Program-made: the position numbers and the translations under genes
Shown: positions 62,814-64,000 of the stretch, piece by piece
Position numbering within the stretch: the stretch's first letter is position 1
Layout of the letters: every line of letters begins with the position of its first letter
The notes under the pieces: model-generated
The model's database searches: none
Told to the model about the DNA's origin: nothing
What the model saw: only the letters and a program-made list of their open reading frames with translations
Source of the DNA: Octopus sinensis
Taxonomy: Eukaryota
NCBI RefSeq assembly: GCF_006345805.1
Contig: NC_043022.1
Location: forward strand, 16,058,001 to 16,122,000
Direction: 5' to 3'
Length of the DNA stretch: 64,000 bases

Positions 62814-63685
62814 TAAAATTCCTGCACAAGGTATATGGTGACAGGCACTCTTTCATGCTCAATGTTTCATTGTGTTATTGAACCCAAAACCATGGAGTAA
62901 AGTTGTGGAATTCTCAACCACACAGTCATGCCTGTTCTGTAAACTGATGGTTCATAAATATCCATTACAAATTTCCAAAGCTTCTCTCTACTTTCCTTGA
63001 TCCCTCTAACATCTTTATCCAGTTATTTCATTGTCATTAACAGTTTTGCTCTGCAAACAAATCCGATAATAGGTTCATATTGTTTACAATGATTCAATTG
63101 GTTTGTCATCCACAAGCACAAAGAACATATTTCAGTTTGGAAAAGATAGAAGCGTGAGGTGTGTTATATATGCGTATGTGACGGCAATGATGTTACTGCT
63201 ATTAGCTGTGGTGGTCATGATGGATTCAGTTTTCCAGCTGCTCCTTCAAACAAGGATTTGTTGATTACGATCAGCATCATCATCATCATCGTTTAACGTT
63301 CGTTCTCCATGCTAGCATGGGTTGGATGGTTCGACCGGGGATCTGGGAAGCCAGAAGGCTGCACTAGGCTCCAGTCTGATCTGGCAGTGTTTCTACAGCT
63401 GGATGCCCTTCCTAACGCCAACCACTCCGTGAGTGTAGTAGGTGCTTTTTACGTGCCACCTGCACTGGTGCCAGGCGAGGCTGGCATCGGCCACGGTCGG
63501 ATTGGTGCATTTTACGTGCCACCGGCACGGAAGCCAGTCGACATGAGGCAGCAAAATTCACAAACTAGTCAATTGTTAACTGTTTTAAAGTTAGGTGTGT
63601 TAATTGTTTTATTCTTATGATAAGTATTTTAGGTTACATATCTGGGTCTATATTTCTGCTCAATATATCTTAATATCACGTGATC

Positions 63686-63971
63686 ACGTGACCGACCAGT
63701 CCATCAGATGTAGTTACACATCACTGGTCACAATGCGTTCGCATTGTTTTAGCCTTCGAACGACACCACCCCACTGGCTAAGTGAGCAGGCCAACAGAAG
63801 AAAGAGTGGTGAAAGAGTACAGCAGGGATCACCACCATCCCCTGCCGGAGCCTCGTGGAGCTTTTAGGTGTTTTCGCTCAATAAACACACACAACGCCCG
63901 GTCTGGGAATCAAAACCGCGATCCTACGACCGTGAGTCCGCTGCCCTAACCACTGGGCCATTGTGCCTCCA
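63686..63971 (-). mobile_element. SINE family C
   Basis: Reverse-complement match to 7846-8150. Confidence 0.85.
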
Positions 63972-64000
63972 TATCTTAATATATATTTCCATTATATTCT

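Overview
Eukaryotic, repeat-dominated, AT-rich DNA. The SINE and microsatellite repertoire matches my recollection of coleoid cephalopod genomes, most likely Octopus (not database-checked). There is no prokaryotic operon, CRISPR array, rRNA or intact tRNA. Firm gene content: the first two coding exons of a J-domain co-chaperone, very probably DNAJC11, on the minus strand (10754-10680 and 2793-2664; the gene continues off the left edge). A divergent promoter with a non-coding plus-strand first exon lies near 11.6 kb. A second, unidentified plus-strand gene probably starts at an RFX X-box promoter near 34.8-35.5 kb and runs toward the right edge; its exon chain is tentative. The rest is tRNA-derived SINEs, RTE/CR1 LINE fragments, hAT, piggyBac-like and Merlin-like MITEs, a complete non-autonomous Helitron, a mariner/Tc1 relic, nested insertions and long simple or compound repeats. 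Nearly all ORFs in the supplied track are repeat artefacts. The most interesting signal is a set of minimal type I hammerhead ribozyme motifs of the kind known from Penelope-like elements, in at least three different repeats that all abut (TA)n tracts. The best case is a near-perfect 292-bp foldback (49939-50230). Its two arms differ by only two point substitutions and one 7-nt indel, and both substitutions hit catalytic-core adenosines of the plus-strand copy, leaving the minus-strand copy intact.
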